From contig JAVRCV020000049.1 of assembly GCA_034530615.2 (NCBI GenBank), positions 192,001-256,000 on the forward strand: a stretch of DNA of 64,000 nucleotides, read 5' to 3'. The notes under the pieces are model-generated. The model was not told the origin of the DNA. It did not search any database and saw nothing but the letters and a program-made list of their open reading frames with translations. Positions 50,644 through 59,838 of this stretch are shown piece by piece. The position numbers were made by a program, and so were the translations under genes. The first letter of the stretch is position 1. Each line of letters starts with the position of its first letter. This DNA comes from Aulosira sp. ZfuVER01 (lineage in GTDB: Bacteria; Cyanobacteriota; Cyanobacteriia; Cyanobacteriales; Nostocaceae).

Positions 50644-51021
50644 TCATCTAACCAACCGCTTAAAAGTCATACTTTTACTTCCAAAATTAATTAACAAACC
50701 AACCTCCAACTTATATGCTTTCAAATAATTCAAAGCTTGAGCTAAATGCACATCTTCAAGATTAATAACAGCCTTTAACTCAACCAATACCTTCCTCTCA
50801 ACAACAAAATCAGCCCTGCGAGTCCCAATCGGTTTATCCAAATCCTTATAAAAAATACTCTGTTCAATTTCACGCACAAACTGTAATCCTACTTGGCTCA
50901 TTTCGTGAGCCAAAGCCCTTTGATAAATTACTTCCTGAAACCCATTACCCAAAAACTTATGAACCTCAAAACTAGCCCCGATAATTTTCTGAGTAATATC
51001 AGCATACTTCAAACCCTCCAT
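50644..51021 (-). CDS. GxxExxY protein (PD-(D/E)XK nuclease-like)
   Basis: LGNGFQEVIYQRAL (GxxExxY), RADFVVE..VLVELKA, QALNYL, GLLINFG. Confidence 0.93.
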   Translation of the reverse strand: MEGLKYADITQKIIGASFEVHKFLGNGFQEVIYQRALAHEMSQVGLQFVREIEQSIFYKDLDKPIGTRRADFVVERKVLVELKAVINLEDVHLAQALNYLKAYKLEVGLLINFGSKSMTFKRLVR

Positions 51022-51033
51022 ACAACACACTCA

Positions 51034-51129
51034 ATCACGAATTAAACAGATTTAAAGATTACAGCGATTTTATCTTTCAATACGATCCAAAAAAATCAGT
51101 GACATCCCGTAATCCGTAAAATCCGTGAT
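51034..51129. repeat. 9-nt-periodic hairpin repeat, right flank of the GxxExxY gene
   Basis: atcacgaattaaacagatttaaagattacagcgatt ... aatcagtgacatcccgtaatccgtaaaatccgtgat. Confidence 0.75.
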
Positions 51130-51152
51130 AACTAATAGTAGAAAATTATTTT

Positions 51153-51851
51153 ATGCTAAAAATCTCTAACCTTAACGTTTACTACGGCGAAAGCCACATT
51201 CTCCGCAATGTAGATTTAACTGTACCAGCAGGGCAAATGATTTGCCTAATTGGACGCAATGGTGTAGGTAAAACAACCCTACTTAAAACTATTATGGGGT
51301 TACTTAAACCGCGCAGTGGCACAATTAACTTAGCTGGGAATTTAATTAACTCCAAATCACCAGACCAAAGGGCAAAAATGGGAATTGGTTATGTTCCCCA
51401 AGGACGAGAAATTATTCCCCGTTTGACAGTTAAAGAAAATCTGCTATTGGGATTAGAAGCTAGGCAGAAACAGGTTAAAAAAGCTGAAATTCCAGAAGAA
51501 ATTTTTAGCTTATTTCCGGTGTTGAAAACCATGTTATCGCGGATGGGTGGTGATTTAAGTGGCGGCCAGCAACAACAATTAGCGATCGCGCGTGCTTTAA
51601 TGGGACAGCCGCAATTACTCGTCTTGGATGAACCTACCGAAGGTATTCAACCCTCAATCATCCTCGAAATTGAAGCAGCCGTTCGCCGCATTATTGAAAC
51701 TACAGGCATTTCTGTTTTACTGGTAGAACAACACTTACACTTTGTCCGACAAGCTGATTATTATTACGCCATGCAAAAAGGCGCTATTGTTGCCTCTGGT
51801 TCAACCGATGAACTTAGTCAGGATGTGATTCAAAGGTTTTTGGCGGTTTAA
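51153..51851 (+). CDS. urtE: Urea ABC transporter ATP-binding protein
   Basis: YYGESHILR, GRNGVGKTT, YVPQGREI, LSGGQQQQLAIARAL, DEPTEGIQPSII. Confidence 0.96.
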   Translation: MLKISNLNVYYGESHILRNVDLTVPAGQMICLIGRNGVGKTTLLKTIMGLLKPRSGTINLAGNLINSKSPDQRAKMGIGYVPQGREIIPRLTVKENLLLGLEARQKQVKKAEIPEEIFSLFPVLKTMLSRMGGDLSGGQQQQLAIARALMGQPQLLVLDEPTEGIQPSIILEIEAAVRRIIETTGISVLLVEQHLHFVRQADYYYAMQKGAIVASGSTDELSQDVIQRFLAV

Positions 51852-51937
51852 TATTATTGGGCAATGCCCCATTAAATCACTCACCGCCAAAACACGCAGT
51901 ATCTTTAAGATAGAGAGTTGATACTGTTTGAGTAGCA

Positions 51938-52261
51938 ATGGTGACTTTAGCCGAATTTCAGCAGTTAATCGAAAAACAGAGCTTATGTCCGGAGATAGTA
52001 CCAAAAGCTCTACAAGCTCTGTTTTATGAGAGAAAAGGTAATTGGGGCAAAGCTCATGAAATAGTGCAAAATGCCAGCGATGCAGACAGTGCTTGGGTTC
52101 ATGCCTATTTACACCGCAAAGAAGGCGATTTGAGCAATGCTCGTTACTGGTATCGACGCAGCAATCAGCCAGAGTTTTCTGGAGGACTCAACCAGGAATG
52201 GGAAGAGATTACTTCTTGTTTACTAAATAAGGTGAAAGAAGCATGGACGCAGAAGAATTGA
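51938..52261 (+). CDS. Conserved hypothetical protein
   Basis: W.KAHEIVQ...SAWVHAYLHRKEGDLSNARYWYRR motif. Confidence 0.75.
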   Translation: MVTLAEFQQLIEKQSLCPEIVPKALQALFYERKGNWGKAHEIVQNASDADSAWVHAYLHRKEGDLSNARYWYRRSNQPEFSGGLNQEWEEITSCLLNKVKEAWTQKN

Positions 52262-52611
52262 TCCGACGTTATGCTGGAGGAGAGAGATATTTTCCCGCCG
52301 CCAATTTAATTAAAGCCAAGTTAATTGGAGCCGATTTACCTGGAGTCAATTTCTGGGGAGCAGACTTGAGTGGAGCTAACTTAGCTAAAGCTAAACTATG
52401 GGGATCGGACTTGAGTAGAACTAACCTGGCAAAAGCAAACTTAACCAGAGCAAATTTAAGTGGTGTGAAGCTGAATGAAGCGAATCTCCGGGGAGCCAAG
52501 CTGAATTATGCCAAGATGTATGGAGCTGATTTAAGTGGAGCTTACTACGATGAAAGTACCAAATTTCCTATAGGTTTTGACCCAGTTAGTAGGAATATGC
52601 GAAAGTTTTAA
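52243..52611 (+). CDS. Pentapeptide repeat protein
   Basis: ELIRRYAGGERYF then A(D/N)Lxx repeats; ends TKFPIGFDP. Confidence 0.9.
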   Translation: MDAEELIRRYAGGERYFPAANLIKAKLIGADLPGVNFWGADLSGANLAKAKLWGSDLSRTNLAKANLTRANLSGVKLNEANLRGAKLNYAKMYGADLSGAYYDESTKFPIGFDPVSRNMRKF

Positions 52612-52774
52612 AAGCTTTTTGTCCCCACTCAAATATTTACTTTCGGCTGTATTGGTAGTGAGTGATACTTATACCATTTATACATGAAGATAGATGCACT
52701 AAACAGAGAATTAGTATTAAGCCTTTGTCAATAGCATTTTTACGATTTGTCCTATTTGGGGTATTAATTAAGCA

Positions 52775-53737
52775 ATGAAAGTAAGAAAAACACGGCGGAA
52801 TTTCTTGCTTACGAGTGTTGCTGTAGCTAGCAGCATTGTTAGTGCTGATGCGTTAACAACTAATACTTCGGGAACACCATCAGCAACAATGCCAGAACGG
52901 ATTTTAGGACGCACAGGAATAAAAGTTCCGATTCTGGGATTGGGAGGTGCAGGTACAAATACGCCAATAGACAAGCCAGATCAAGAACGAGAAGCTGTGG
53001 CGATTATTGAAAGAGCGATCGCACTCGGTATTCGTTACTTTGATACTGCTCGAAGTTATGGAGCAAGTGAACTTCATTTAGGGAAAGTACTACCAAAGCA
53101 TCGTGACAAGATTTTCTTAGCAAGTAAAACAGATAAAAGAGATAGAGACGGAGCATGGCGAGAACTAGAAAGTTCGCTGAAACGTCTGAATACAGATCGT
53201 TTAGATTTATGGCAATTACATCATGTTTCTTTCCTTGAAGAACTTGATACTATATTTAGTGCTTCAGGTGCAATCAAAGCTTTAGAAGAAGCAATGCAGC
53301 AAAAAATCGTGCGGTTTGCAGGTATTACCGGACATCACGATACAAAAGTAATAGCGGAAGGACTACGTCGCTTTCAATTTCACACAACACTGATTCCAAT
53401 AAATGCTGTAGAAAATCATCATCCAGACTCATTTATTCCAGCAATTTTACCTTTAGCAAAGCAACAAAACTTAGGTGTAATTGCTATGAAAGTTCCTGCT
53501 TATGGAAAGTTATTTCAAACAGGTGGTTTGCAAAATATACAGCAAGCTTTAGGATATACTCTGTCTCAGTCAGGAGTTCATTGTTGCATCATTCCGGCTG
53601 ATAGCGTGCAACAGTTAGAAGAGAATGTGCAAGCAGCTGTTTCTTATCAACCCTTAACTAATCAGCAACTAGCGGCAATTGAGCAGCTTACTGCGGGGAT
53701 ATGGCAAGATACTACATTTTATCGGGCTTGGCATTAG
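52775..53737 (+). CDS. Aldo/keto reductase with twin-arginine leader
   Basis: TRRNFL leader; LGRTG, YFDTARSYG, ASKT, SLKRLNTDRLDLWQLH, IAMK. Confidence 0.88.
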   Translation: MKVRKTRRNFLLTSVAVASSIVSADALTTNTSGTPSATMPERILGRTGIKVPILGLGGAGTNTPIDKPDQEREAVAIIERAIALGIRYFDTARSYGASELHLGKVLPKHRDKIFLASKTDKRDRDGAWRELESSLKRLNTDRLDLWQLHHVSFLEELDTIFSASGAIKALEEAMQQKIVRFAGITGHHDTKVIAEGLRRFQFHTTLIPINAVENHHPDSFIPAILPLAKQQNLGVIAMKVPAYGKLFQTGGLQNIQQALGYTLSQSGVHCCIIPADSVQQLEENVQAAVSYQPLTNQQLAAIEQLTAGIWQDTTFYRAWH

Positions 53738-53756
53738 AGATGATATTTGAATTAGC

Positions 53757-54956
53757 CTACCACTTGCCAGAGTAATCTTCTTGTTGCAAACCGATAAACT
53801 GTCGCCGCTTCCAAGCATAATGCAGAATATTAATCCCTAATTCCTGGGCTGTTCTAATAGTTAACCGGGGTAAAGTCAATTCTCTATCTAATCCCCAAGC
53901 AGTTGCTAAATCACCAATTACTAAAATAATTCCGCCCCCAATTAACATTTTAATTAACTGTTGATTGATAATTGGCAAAGCAGCAAATAAGAAAGGTTTG
54001 GTTCGTAAAGGATGACTTCTTTGTAATTCTTCTAAAGGTCTTAAAGGATTTTCTAATTGCTGGGCTAAGGCATGTGTACTTTCAATCAGAGGGTTAGCAT
54101 CTTGAGGTGCATCAACTAAAAGTATGCCACCAGAATTTAAATAATTTCGTAGCGATTCAAATTCAATACTGTTAAAAGATAGTGCCTGCTGACCTGTTAA
54201 ATAAAGTAAGTCATAGTCTTGAATATTTTCACTTAAGGAAACCTGTCCTGGCTCATCGATTCCGCGTAAAGATGGGTATAGAGGTTCGATTGATTGCAAC
54301 AAATATGAGAGGTTGAAAAAATTCCGGGCGCATTCAGAATCGCTATGATTTACCTGCGCGATCGCAACATTTGTCTGTGGACGTGCTTGTGCATGACGGC
54401 GGTAACGTAAATCAATGTTTTGATAACCAGGAAAGAAAACATCCGCAGGTTGGCTAATGGCATTTTGTCCTGGCTGCAAAAGTATTCTACACAGTTCTAT
54501 TTCTGAACTTTCTAGGGTAGAGTTTTTTTGGTCAATGCGATATGTTTCTTGGACAATATCTCTTGGTTGTCCACGCCGCAATTCATCAGGATCTACATAA
54601 CTGACTACTAAGTAAATGGTAGCTGGTTCAGAACTTGCTACTTCTAAATCAATGGGAAAGTCATAAGCATTGGGCACTACAATTAAATTTCCAGCTACAT
54701 CAATGGCAATTCCTGGTTGAATTTGTACCCAGCGTCCATCTCGATATTTAGCTTCTACTTGGCGGGGTGCAGGAATGACTCTCACGCCTAAACCGCAGAC
54801 TATTCCAGGTTGGTTTAAGCATTGATAATGAGTGTTTTGTCGCAGTCGGTGGTAATCATGGGCTTTACTCCAACGTTCTGCATTTATTAGTAGTCCATCT
54901 GAAGCTTGTAGGCGTTCAAAGGATTTTATATTTGGTGGTGGGAATGGATGAGTCAC
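53757..54956 (-). CDS. CIS-associated protein: fibre-anchor-like N-terminal domain + DUF4159-like domain
   Basis: N-terminal ERLQASDGLLI...QPGIVCGLGV...IQPGIAIDVAGNLI; C-terminal YDLLYLTG...LRNYLNSGGILLVD...HPL...GINILHYA. GTG at 54956 chosen because the track start (54977) lies in repeat DNA. Confidence 0.7.
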   Translation of the reverse strand: MTHPFPPPNIKSFERLQASDGLLINAERWSKAHDYHRLRQNTHYQCLNQPGIVCGLGVRVIPAPRQVEAKYRDGRWVQIQPGIAIDVAGNLIVVPNAYDFPIDLEVASSEPATIYLVVSYVDPDELRRGQPRDIVQETYRIDQKNSTLESSEIELCRILLQPGQNAISQPADVFFPGYQNIDLRYRRHAQARPQTNVAIAQVNHSDSECARNFFNLSYLLQSIEPLYPSLRGIDEPGQVSLSENIQDYDLLYLTGQQALSFNSIEFESLRNYLNSGGILLVDAPQDANPLIESTHALAQQLENPLRPLEELQRSHPLRTKPFLFAALPIINQQLIKMLIGGGIILVIGDLATAWGLDRELTLPRLTIRTAQELGINILHYAWKRRQFIGLQQEDYSGKW

Positions 54957-55035
54957 GTCGCTTCGCTCCGAATTCAAAATTCAAAATTCAAAATTTAAAG
55001 AAATATTGTAGTAGGGTGGGCATTGCCACATAATT

Positions 55036-56064
55036 TTAATTATTTTGATTTTCTATTAACAATTGATAGGTACAAAATGCAGGTTTTTCTTGTTCAATAA
55101 TTTTTCTGACTAATTGTTCATTTATCTGATGAGAAGAGGTTGTACGCAAGCGGACTATAAAGTGATATGCTTGTCCACCTGCTAAAACTGCGCTGCCGAT
55201 TTGGGCATCACCTAAGATAAAACTGGGGCCGAAGGGTTCTGTAATACTGATATGTTTATCAGCTTCGTTTGGGACATCCTCGTCTAAAGGTAAACCTGTA
55301 TAAAGGTGCAAGTAAAGACGCAATCCTTTCCGAGTTCCTCGCCAGCGATAAATTTCTACTGCACGGCGAATTAAACGGCGCTGTTGGTCGAGATTCCAGA
55401 CGGAATCTACTTGCCAAGCTACCCAATGGGCTAAAAAGGGTAGTATTGCCCTTGGTGCTGTCAAGGGGTCGATGTTTGCCCACATGACGTTAAAACTATC
55501 AATTGCAGGTTGATAAGCTTGTTCAAATATCTTGATGAAACGACCAATAAAGTCTATTTCTCGATAGAGAACTGGCAAAAATTCCATGTAGGCACTGTAG
55601 GGACGAATATATAAATTAAATGTCTCACTTTGCTGGATTTGTTCTTGCTCTGTACCTGGGTCGATATTAACAAGTACTAGACAGCGAAAGTTGAGAGTTA
55701 ATTTGTCTTTTTTCGCTGGTGAAATTGCTTCTTGGTCTTCAAAAAATGTGGCGGGAACAGTGAAATATAGCACTGCATCCATCTGTCCACCGGGCGGAAT
55801 TTCGCTACCTTCTGTACCAATTTGGCACCATTGGGATGGAAATTCACCTTCTACTTTTAAACTTAGTTGTAAGGGACGTTGTTCTAAGTTTTTTACTTGG
55901 ACAATCATCTCGCTGGGTTGTCCCGGATGCAAAAGCAAACTATGCCCTGTTTCATCTATACCTTCTGGGCCAGCAAATGCTAAACCTGCCCCAGGTACAG
56001 CTTCGGGAATTTGCATTGGGGTTAATTGAATGCTGATGGCTGGGCTATAACGGCTTTGAACCAT
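55036..56064 (-). CDS. Baseplate wedge protein (P2 gpI-like, Cis12-like) with N-terminal extension
   Basis: FLPVLYRE.DFIGRFIKIFE, DPLTAP..ILPFLAHWV, IYRWRGTRKGL, IIEQEKPAF. Confidence 0.85.
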   Translation of the reverse strand: MVQSRYSPAISIQLTPMQIPEAVPGAGLAFAGPEGIDETGHSLLLHPGQPSEMIVQVKNLEQRPLQLSLKVEGEFPSQWCQIGTEGSEIPPGGQMDAVLYFTVPATFFEDQEAISPAKKDKLTLNFRCLVLVNIDPGTEQEQIQQSETFNLYIRPYSAYMEFLPVLYREIDFIGRFIKIFEQAYQPAIDSFNVMWANIDPLTAPRAILPFLAHWVAWQVDSVWNLDQQRRLIRRAVEIYRWRGTRKGLRLYLHLYTGLPLDEDVPNEADKHISITEPFGPSFILGDAQIGSAVLAGGQAYHFIVRLRTTSSHQINEQLVRKIIEQEKPAFCTYQLLIENQNN

Positions 56065-56075
56065 AAGGTTTTCCC

Positions 56076-58265
56076 TCAGCGAGTAATGATTTGGATGTCG
56101 TGACCGGAACGCAGATTGGGGTCAAACCAAGAACAAACTAAACCTTGCACTCCTGGGTCAATTAATTGTTCTGGTGATGGTTGTCTTCTCCAGGTTTCTC
56201 CTTGCTTGCGGATGGGAAACAGCAGGACTGGGCCTAAATAACGCACGCCTGGGGTTTGTTGCATTAAGGCGATAATATCTGAAGTATAAACGGGTCGCCC
56301 AAAAGGCCAACCTTTACCTTCAGTGCCTCCGGTGAGGGGATTTAAATATTTATACAGAGCTATTCTTAAGTTGCGAAGAATTTCTGCTCTCGCTAAGGGG
56401 TTGTCATAAGTGGGTTCGAGAATAACTTCTGTTTGTACAGAAACACCGACGTAATCAGGTTCTAAGAGCCTGACTTGTACTCCTAATAACTTTCTTTCGT
56501 CTAAGTATTGTAAAACTTGCTCTTGCAGTGCGGGGCTGAGGGCAAATTGTGTCGGTGCAATACCTTCGCCTTGAGTAATGGCATCTGTATTCGCTTGGGG
56601 AACTACCAATAAGCTCACTGTACCCGCCTGACTAGTAGATAAACAACGCACACGAGCGATCGCACCTGCACCAGCTTGCTGCGCTAATACTTCAAAGTCT
56701 TCCGCAGTCACAGCGCGATCGCGTGTACGCAGGATGCGGGGAGCCTTAATCACAGCTTGTTCCAAAGATTCGGCATCTGCGCCGTTAATCGCAGCTTTGT
56801 AATTTGTGACACTAGCTACGTAGGGTACAGCGGACTTTAAAAACTGGAGTGAGCCTACTTGTACATTACCTTCTCTGCCGCCTCCTGTGCGGTAAGCGAG
56901 GATTCTAATCTCAGCGCCGCGTGGAGGAACTGCTCCGTATTGGTGTTCAAGTTGGTTTTCAATATCACTTACTTGCACAACGGTATCTTCTATTCTTGGC
57001 TGCTGAATACGCGATCGCACTTGTGTTTGGCGTTGGAGTTGTCCAGGTTCCCGAATTAACGGCCCAAACTGGACTACACCAGTTAGCGAATCAATAATAT
57101 AGTGACGGTCTTGGGGTGTAGAATCGGCAAAATCTCGCACCTCACGCCAAGTTTGCGGTAAGCCACCAGGGGGAGTAACGATGATGTATTCAGTTTCACG
57201 GCGTTCTAAAACGGGTGGTGCTTGTAATTGAAAGGTTTGTCCTGGTGTACCGTTACTAATTCCTAAGCGTTCATCTTGCAGCAAGGTGCTATGACTCGCC
57301 CTGACTGTTCCACCAATTGACCGCACCGCTAACCCAGTAATGCGTGGCGGACGGCTATAACCTTCTTGATTTGCTTCTGGGGTGGTAAAGCTACAACGCA
57401 GCCAGCGTCCTCGGTAAGCAGTAAAAGTCGTCACAGGCCAAGATTGGGGTAAATGCAGCCGCACATCTGCACCTTGCGCCGGATTTCCTCCCTGTTGGTT
57501 AATTTCGTAAAAACTGAAACCCCGTGTTTGGTCGTCTGACTCTTTCAGTAACACAGGTTGCCAATTTTCCCCATCCCAAGCTTCCCATTTGCGGGGCGGA
57601 TGATTGGGGTCAATACCTGTAGGTGTCGCCGCAGCCCCTTGGATAGTCACTTCTAGGACATTACCATCTAAAGGATCGTCAGAATTAATTACTAAATAAA
57701 AGCAGTTTCCAGCTTGCGGTTGTTCGTTAAATACAGGTTGTTCGCTACCAGCCCAGTAACCGTTAGGCTGACGAGTCCAGATATTTGAGAGGCGTTCGCG
57801 CAGAGATTGGGGAATATCTTCAATAGCTTGGGCGGTGAGGAAATGCTGTAAACGCGGTTTACCAATAATTAAAGGCGAATCTGTACTAAAGGTAATCGCT
57901 GGTGTAGTTTCCGTGCGGATTGTAGAAACTTCAATACCTGTAGGAATCGTATAAGCTTCAGGTAAGTCAGAACTTAAATAAAAAGTTAATTCTGTATGCG
58001 CTGGGGCGGGAGGTTGGAGGCGAATGCCCAATAATTCTAAAAAAGCTACATAATTTTTTCTTGGTACTTGGTTAAACCTGAGTAACATCTGGTCAGTTAA
58101 CCAAGCAAATAACTCAACTAGCGTCATTCCAGGATCGCTGAGGTTGTGGTCTGTCCATTCAGGACAGTAGCGCGGGATGCGCATTGTACACTCTTCGACT
58201 AAATCATCAAAAGTGCGATCGTCTAAGTTGGAAGATGGTAAGTGCGGTAAAAAATCAAATTTCAC
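56076..58265 (-). CDS. Baseplate J-like assembly protein (Cis11-like)
   Basis: NLDDRTFDDLV..RIPRYCPEWTDHNLSDPGMTLVELFAW, SNGTPGQTF, YRTGGG..GNV, RDRAVTAEDFE, GWPFGR. Confidence 0.92.
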   Translation of the reverse strand: MKFDFLPHLPSSNLDDRTFDDLVEECTMRIPRYCPEWTDHNLSDPGMTLVELFAWLTDQMLLRFNQVPRKNYVAFLELLGIRLQPPAPAHTELTFYLSSDLPEAYTIPTGIEVSTIRTETTPAITFSTDSPLIIGKPRLQHFLTAQAIEDIPQSLRERLSNIWTRQPNGYWAGSEQPVFNEQPQAGNCFYLVINSDDPLDGNVLEVTIQGAAATPTGIDPNHPPRKWEAWDGENWQPVLLKESDDQTRGFSFYEINQQGGNPAQGADVRLHLPQSWPVTTFTAYRGRWLRCSFTTPEANQEGYSRPPRITGLAVRSIGGTVRASHSTLLQDERLGISNGTPGQTFQLQAPPVLERRETEYIIVTPPGGLPQTWREVRDFADSTPQDRHYIIDSLTGVVQFGPLIREPGQLQRQTQVRSRIQQPRIEDTVVQVSDIENQLEHQYGAVPPRGAEIRILAYRTGGGREGNVQVGSLQFLKSAVPYVASVTNYKAAINGADAESLEQAVIKAPRILRTRDRAVTAEDFEVLAQQAGAGAIARVRCLSTSQAGTVSLLVVPQANTDAITQGEGIAPTQFALSPALQEQVLQYLDERKLLGVQVRLLEPDYVGVSVQTEVILEPTYDNPLARAEILRNLRIALYKYLNPLTGGTEGKGWPFGRPVYTSDIIALMQQTPGVRYLGPVLLFPIRKQGETWRRQPSPEQLIDPGVQGLVCSWFDPNLRSGHDIQIITR

Positions 58266-58284
58266 AGTTACACCAAATTAGAGA

Positions 58285-58325
58285 GGGTGGGGTGTGGGGA
58301 GTGTGGGAAGTGTGGGGAGACAAGG
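58285..58325. repeat. Short tandem repeats (GGGAGTGTG-type)
   Basis: ggggtgtggggagtgtgggaagtgtgggga. Confidence 0.7.
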
Positions 58326-58349
58326 GAGTATCTGACAAATTAGGAATTA

Positions 58350-58754
58350 TTATTCAGGAGGCAATAAATAAAACGGATAAACAAAGTTGTGAATATCAGG
58401 ATTGTCTTTAAGTCGATAATTAATATTGATGTCTACTCGGCCACGCACCGGGTCGGGTTCGGTGATGACTTGATCGACAATAATGCGTGGTTCCCAAACT
58501 TCTAGCGCTTCTAAAACATAAATCCGAATTCGCAGTAGAGTGTCGTTATTCATCGGTGCAAATGCCAATTCCGACAAACGGGAGCCAAAATTAGGGCGAT
58601 ATACCCGTTCACCTACGCCAGTCCGAAGAATTATCCAAATAGATTCTTTAACTTTTTGCGCTTCACTGCTGAGTTGTATCCCGCCTTGCAAACTCAAGCG
58701 CAAGGGAAAAGCCCAGCCTGTTCCTAAATAGTCTCGTTGCTGACCATAAACCAT
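58350..58754 (-). CDS. GPW/gp25 family sheath initiator (Cis9-like)
   Basis: LGTGWAFP, IILRT..GERVYRPNFGSRL, WEPRI, NFVYPFY; ATG at 58754. Confidence 0.93.
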   Translation of the reverse strand: MVYGQQRDYLGTGWAFPLRLSLQGGIQLSSEAQKVKESIWIILRTGVGERVYRPNFGSRLSELAFAPMNNDTLLRIRIYVLEALEVWEPRIIVDQVITEPDPVRGRVDININYRLKDNPDIHNFVYPFYLLPPE

Positions 58755-58758
58755 AAAC

Positions 58759-58789
58759 AATTCAAAATTCAAAATTCAAAATTCAAAAC
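58759..58789. repeat. STRR heptamer AATTCAA x4
   Basis: aattcaaaattcaaaattcaaaattcaaaa; a similar run occurs at 54971-54996. Confidence 0.8.
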
Positions 58790-59045
58790 CTAAGGTGGCA
58801 AGCATTAAGTAGCCAAAATGCTCGCAAATTAGACAGTCGTTGCTATATGGCTGTGATATCTATACTTTCAAAGATATCGGCACAGCAGATTTAAGCCTAT
58901 TCGCCAAAGGTCGAGATGAGGAAGACATGGGGACATTAAGACGCGGGGACATGAGGAAGTGCGGAAGTGAGGACATTAGAAAATTGTCATTCTCCATCTT
59001 TCTATCTCCGCGTCTTTGCGTCTCCCCCTCTCCGCGTCTCTTTCA

Positions 59046-59546
59046 TCAGCCCCCAATCAAAACAGTCATTTCACCTTTGGTAATTTTATTAGGTGGGCCG
59101 ACGGCTTCGAGAACGGTGTCACCCATGCGACTGGCTGGTAGTCCATTAATTAATACTGTTTGGCTACCATCAATCACAACACCAGGGCCGTGGGGAGGTA
59201 GAGGTAAGGGTGTGGTGCAATTATGAATATCAGCACCAACGGCGGCGGATGTAATTGCACTACCCATTGTAGCGGCTGCTGTGGCTTTGGTAGTTTGTTC
59301 AGCTGCGATCGCAGCTGGCGCACCTGGTGTCCCCGCCGCTGCTTTGGAAGCAGCCTCAGCTACTTGAATAGCCGTATCAGAAACTTGTTTCGCCGCCTGC
59401 AAAGCCTGCGCCGCCGCCGCAGGTATACCCCGCCATGCAGGTAAAGAGCCAATTAATACATTAGAGCTACCAGGGCCTCCCGTCAAAACTGGCGGTAACG
59501 GATGCGCCACAGAGTCAGTAATTCTTGCTGCTGGTCTTCCACTCAT
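59046..59546 (-). CDS. PAAR spike-tip protein with Ala-rich insertion
   Basis: PAARITD..H, VLIGSLPAWR, H.C...PH, VLINGLPASRMGD, VLIGG. Confidence 0.88.
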   Translation of the reverse strand: MSGRPAARITDSVAHPLPPVLTGGPGSSNVLIGSLPAWRGIPAAAAQALQAAKQVSDTAIQVAEAASKAAAGTPGAPAAIAAEQTTKATAAATMGSAITSAAVGADIHNCTTPLPLPPHGPGVVIDGSQTVLINGLPASRMGDTVLEAVGPPNKITKGEMTVLIGG

Positions 59547-59569
59547 TTTTCTTTGCGCCTACTCTACGC

Positions 59570-59806
59570 TTGTGTTGTTGACCAAAGTACTTGCGTTGTG
59601 AACCAACGGACTTGTGTTGTGAACCAACGGACTTGTGTTGTGAACCAACGGACTTGTGTTGTGAACCAACGGACTTGTGTTGTGAACTAACGGACTTGCG
59701 TTGTGAACCAACGGACTTGTGTTGTTGACCAACAGACTTGTGTTGTTGACCAACGGACTTGTATTGTTGACCAACGGACTTGCGTTGTTGACCAACAGAC
59801 TTGTGT
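59570..59806. repeat. 21-bp tandem repeat, 11 copies plus a partial
   Basis: Consensus ttgtgttgtgaaccaacggac; contiguous units from 59570 with no spacers. Confidence 0.95.
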
Positions 59807-59838
59807 ATACACCCTAGGCCTCATGCCCTCTGCCTTTC

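Noticed and set aside
58840..59226. 128-aa plus-strand ORF
   Set aside because: Made of STRR-like repeats plus the antisense of PAAR.
59570..59806. Possible CRISPR array
   Set aside because: Units are contiguous with no unique spacers; it is a plain tandem repeat.
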